Assembly (NCBI GenBank): GCA_019090315.1
Contig: JAHRWD010000087.1
Location: 35,925 to 99,924 of the forward strand
Reading direction: 5' to 3'
Length of the DNA: 64,000 bases
DNA from: Pseudomonadales bacterium
GTDB lineage: Bacteria > Pseudomonadota > Gammaproteobacteria > Pseudomonadales > JAHRWD01
Positions within the stretch are counted from its first letter, which is position 1. Each line of letters begins with the position of its first letter. Below the pieces are notes generated by a model. The model ran no database searches. It saw only the letters and a program-made list of their open reading frames with translations, and was not told the origin of the DNA. The translations under genes were made by a program, and so were the position numbers. This document shows positions 63,440-64,000 of this stretch, one piece after another.

Positions 63440-64000
63440 ATTTAAAGGTCAGTTTCATTTTCTCACTGTCATATTTTAATGTGATTGTGAGTACTTGATC
63501 AGGGACGATCACCTTCTGAAATTTGATCACTTCCAGCCGAATAAAACGTCCGGTTAGCGGCAGAAATTGTCGGCCATAAGCTTCAGCCCAATGCACCTGG
63601 ACGATTCCCGGTAAAATGGGCTGCTCTTCGAAGTGACCTTTAAAATAAGCCAGCTCTGCGGGAGCGACGCATTCCATTAGCAATTGAGCACCATCAACAC
63701 TTTGATGGATGATTTTCGGCCAGATAACAGGCTCTTTCTCAAACATTAACTGCAAAGACTCCAGTGAAATTTTACCCTGAGGATTATAGGGTATCTGATC
63801 AGTGAATCGCCAACGTCGCGGCAATACAACCGCTTCAAACTCGTTGGCCAGCTCCGATTTGAAACCTTTGATCAGCGCTTTTCTGCCCTGATCTGCGAGA
63901 ACCCTGTTTCCTTCAGCGGTGAGCTGTATAACCACCGCGGTTTCTACCCGCTGTCGTTCAATGGTGAGTGCTTTTACGTCCTCCACCAGAGTACTATTCT
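63390..64000 (-). CDS. Partial: C-terminal subdomain of an adenylate-forming enzyme fused to a hot-dog dehydratase (runs off window)
   Basis: The reading frame stays open to position 64000 upstream of the ORF-track GTG. VVLPRRWRFTDQIPYNPQGKISLESL is a typical AMP-ligase C-terminus. PAELAYFKGHFEEQPILPGIVQVHW is a FabA/Z-like hot-dog motif. Confidence 0.7.
   Translation of the reverse strand, partial: NSTLVEDVKALTIERQRVETAVVIQLTAEGNRVLADQGRKALIKGFKSELANEFEAVVLPRRWRFTDQIPYNPQGKISLESLQLMFEKEPVIWPKIIHQSVDGAQLLMECVAPAELAYFKGHFEEQPILPGIVQVHWAEAYGRQFLPLTGRFIRLEVIKFQKVIVPDQVLTITLKYDSEKMKLTFKYESDAGVHSSGRVCFE

Overview
This is a near-fully coding chromosomal window from a Gram-negative, gammaproteobacterium-like genome. 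No rRNA, tRNA or CRISPR was recognised.

Layout, left to right:
1. A complete type II secretion (Gsp) operon on the minus strand, gspC-D-E-F-G-H-I-J-K-L-M, preceded by a gspN-like gene (292-11668).
2. glpK and a thiolase/DUF35 pair.
3. A REP-associated tyrosine transposase (RAYT) bracketed by a perfect 19-bp inverted repeat and an AATCGATGG tandem array.
4. A 2555-aa Sec-signal SpvB/FG-GAP/RHS polymorphic toxin (Tc-toxin BC-like). It has an unassigned Cys-rich C-terminal domain and an 11-nt-overlapping Sel1-repeat candidate immunity gene. A GspC HR-domain-only paralogue lies divergently upstream.
5. A Baeyer-Villiger-type flavin monooxygenase, a lipoprotein, selO, small membrane proteins, a PLD-family lipoprotein and an Omp85-like barrel.
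6. A ubiH-family hydroxylase and arfB.
7. A translationally coupled pterin operon: YhhQ-like transporter, HAD-Nudix fusion, FolB-like protein and PTR1/FolM-like reductase.
8. A PP2C-Ser/Thr kinase fusion with cynS and an FNT channel.
9. An AT-rich seven-gene operon (43970-48580): receiver-like/HTH-like protein, Ras-like GTPase, orphan helical protein, Roadblock-like protein, Roadblock/LC7, PAS and a leaderless PhnD-like binding protein. This is my best candidate for an undescribed system.
10. A convergent MASE1-CHASE-PAS-GGDEF-EAL protein.
11. An aryl-polyene (APE/xanthomonadin-type) lipid-pigment cluster carrying a flavin-dependent halogenase-like gene. It runs off the right edge.

All functional calls rest on motif and pattern recognition by eye. 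No database search was run.
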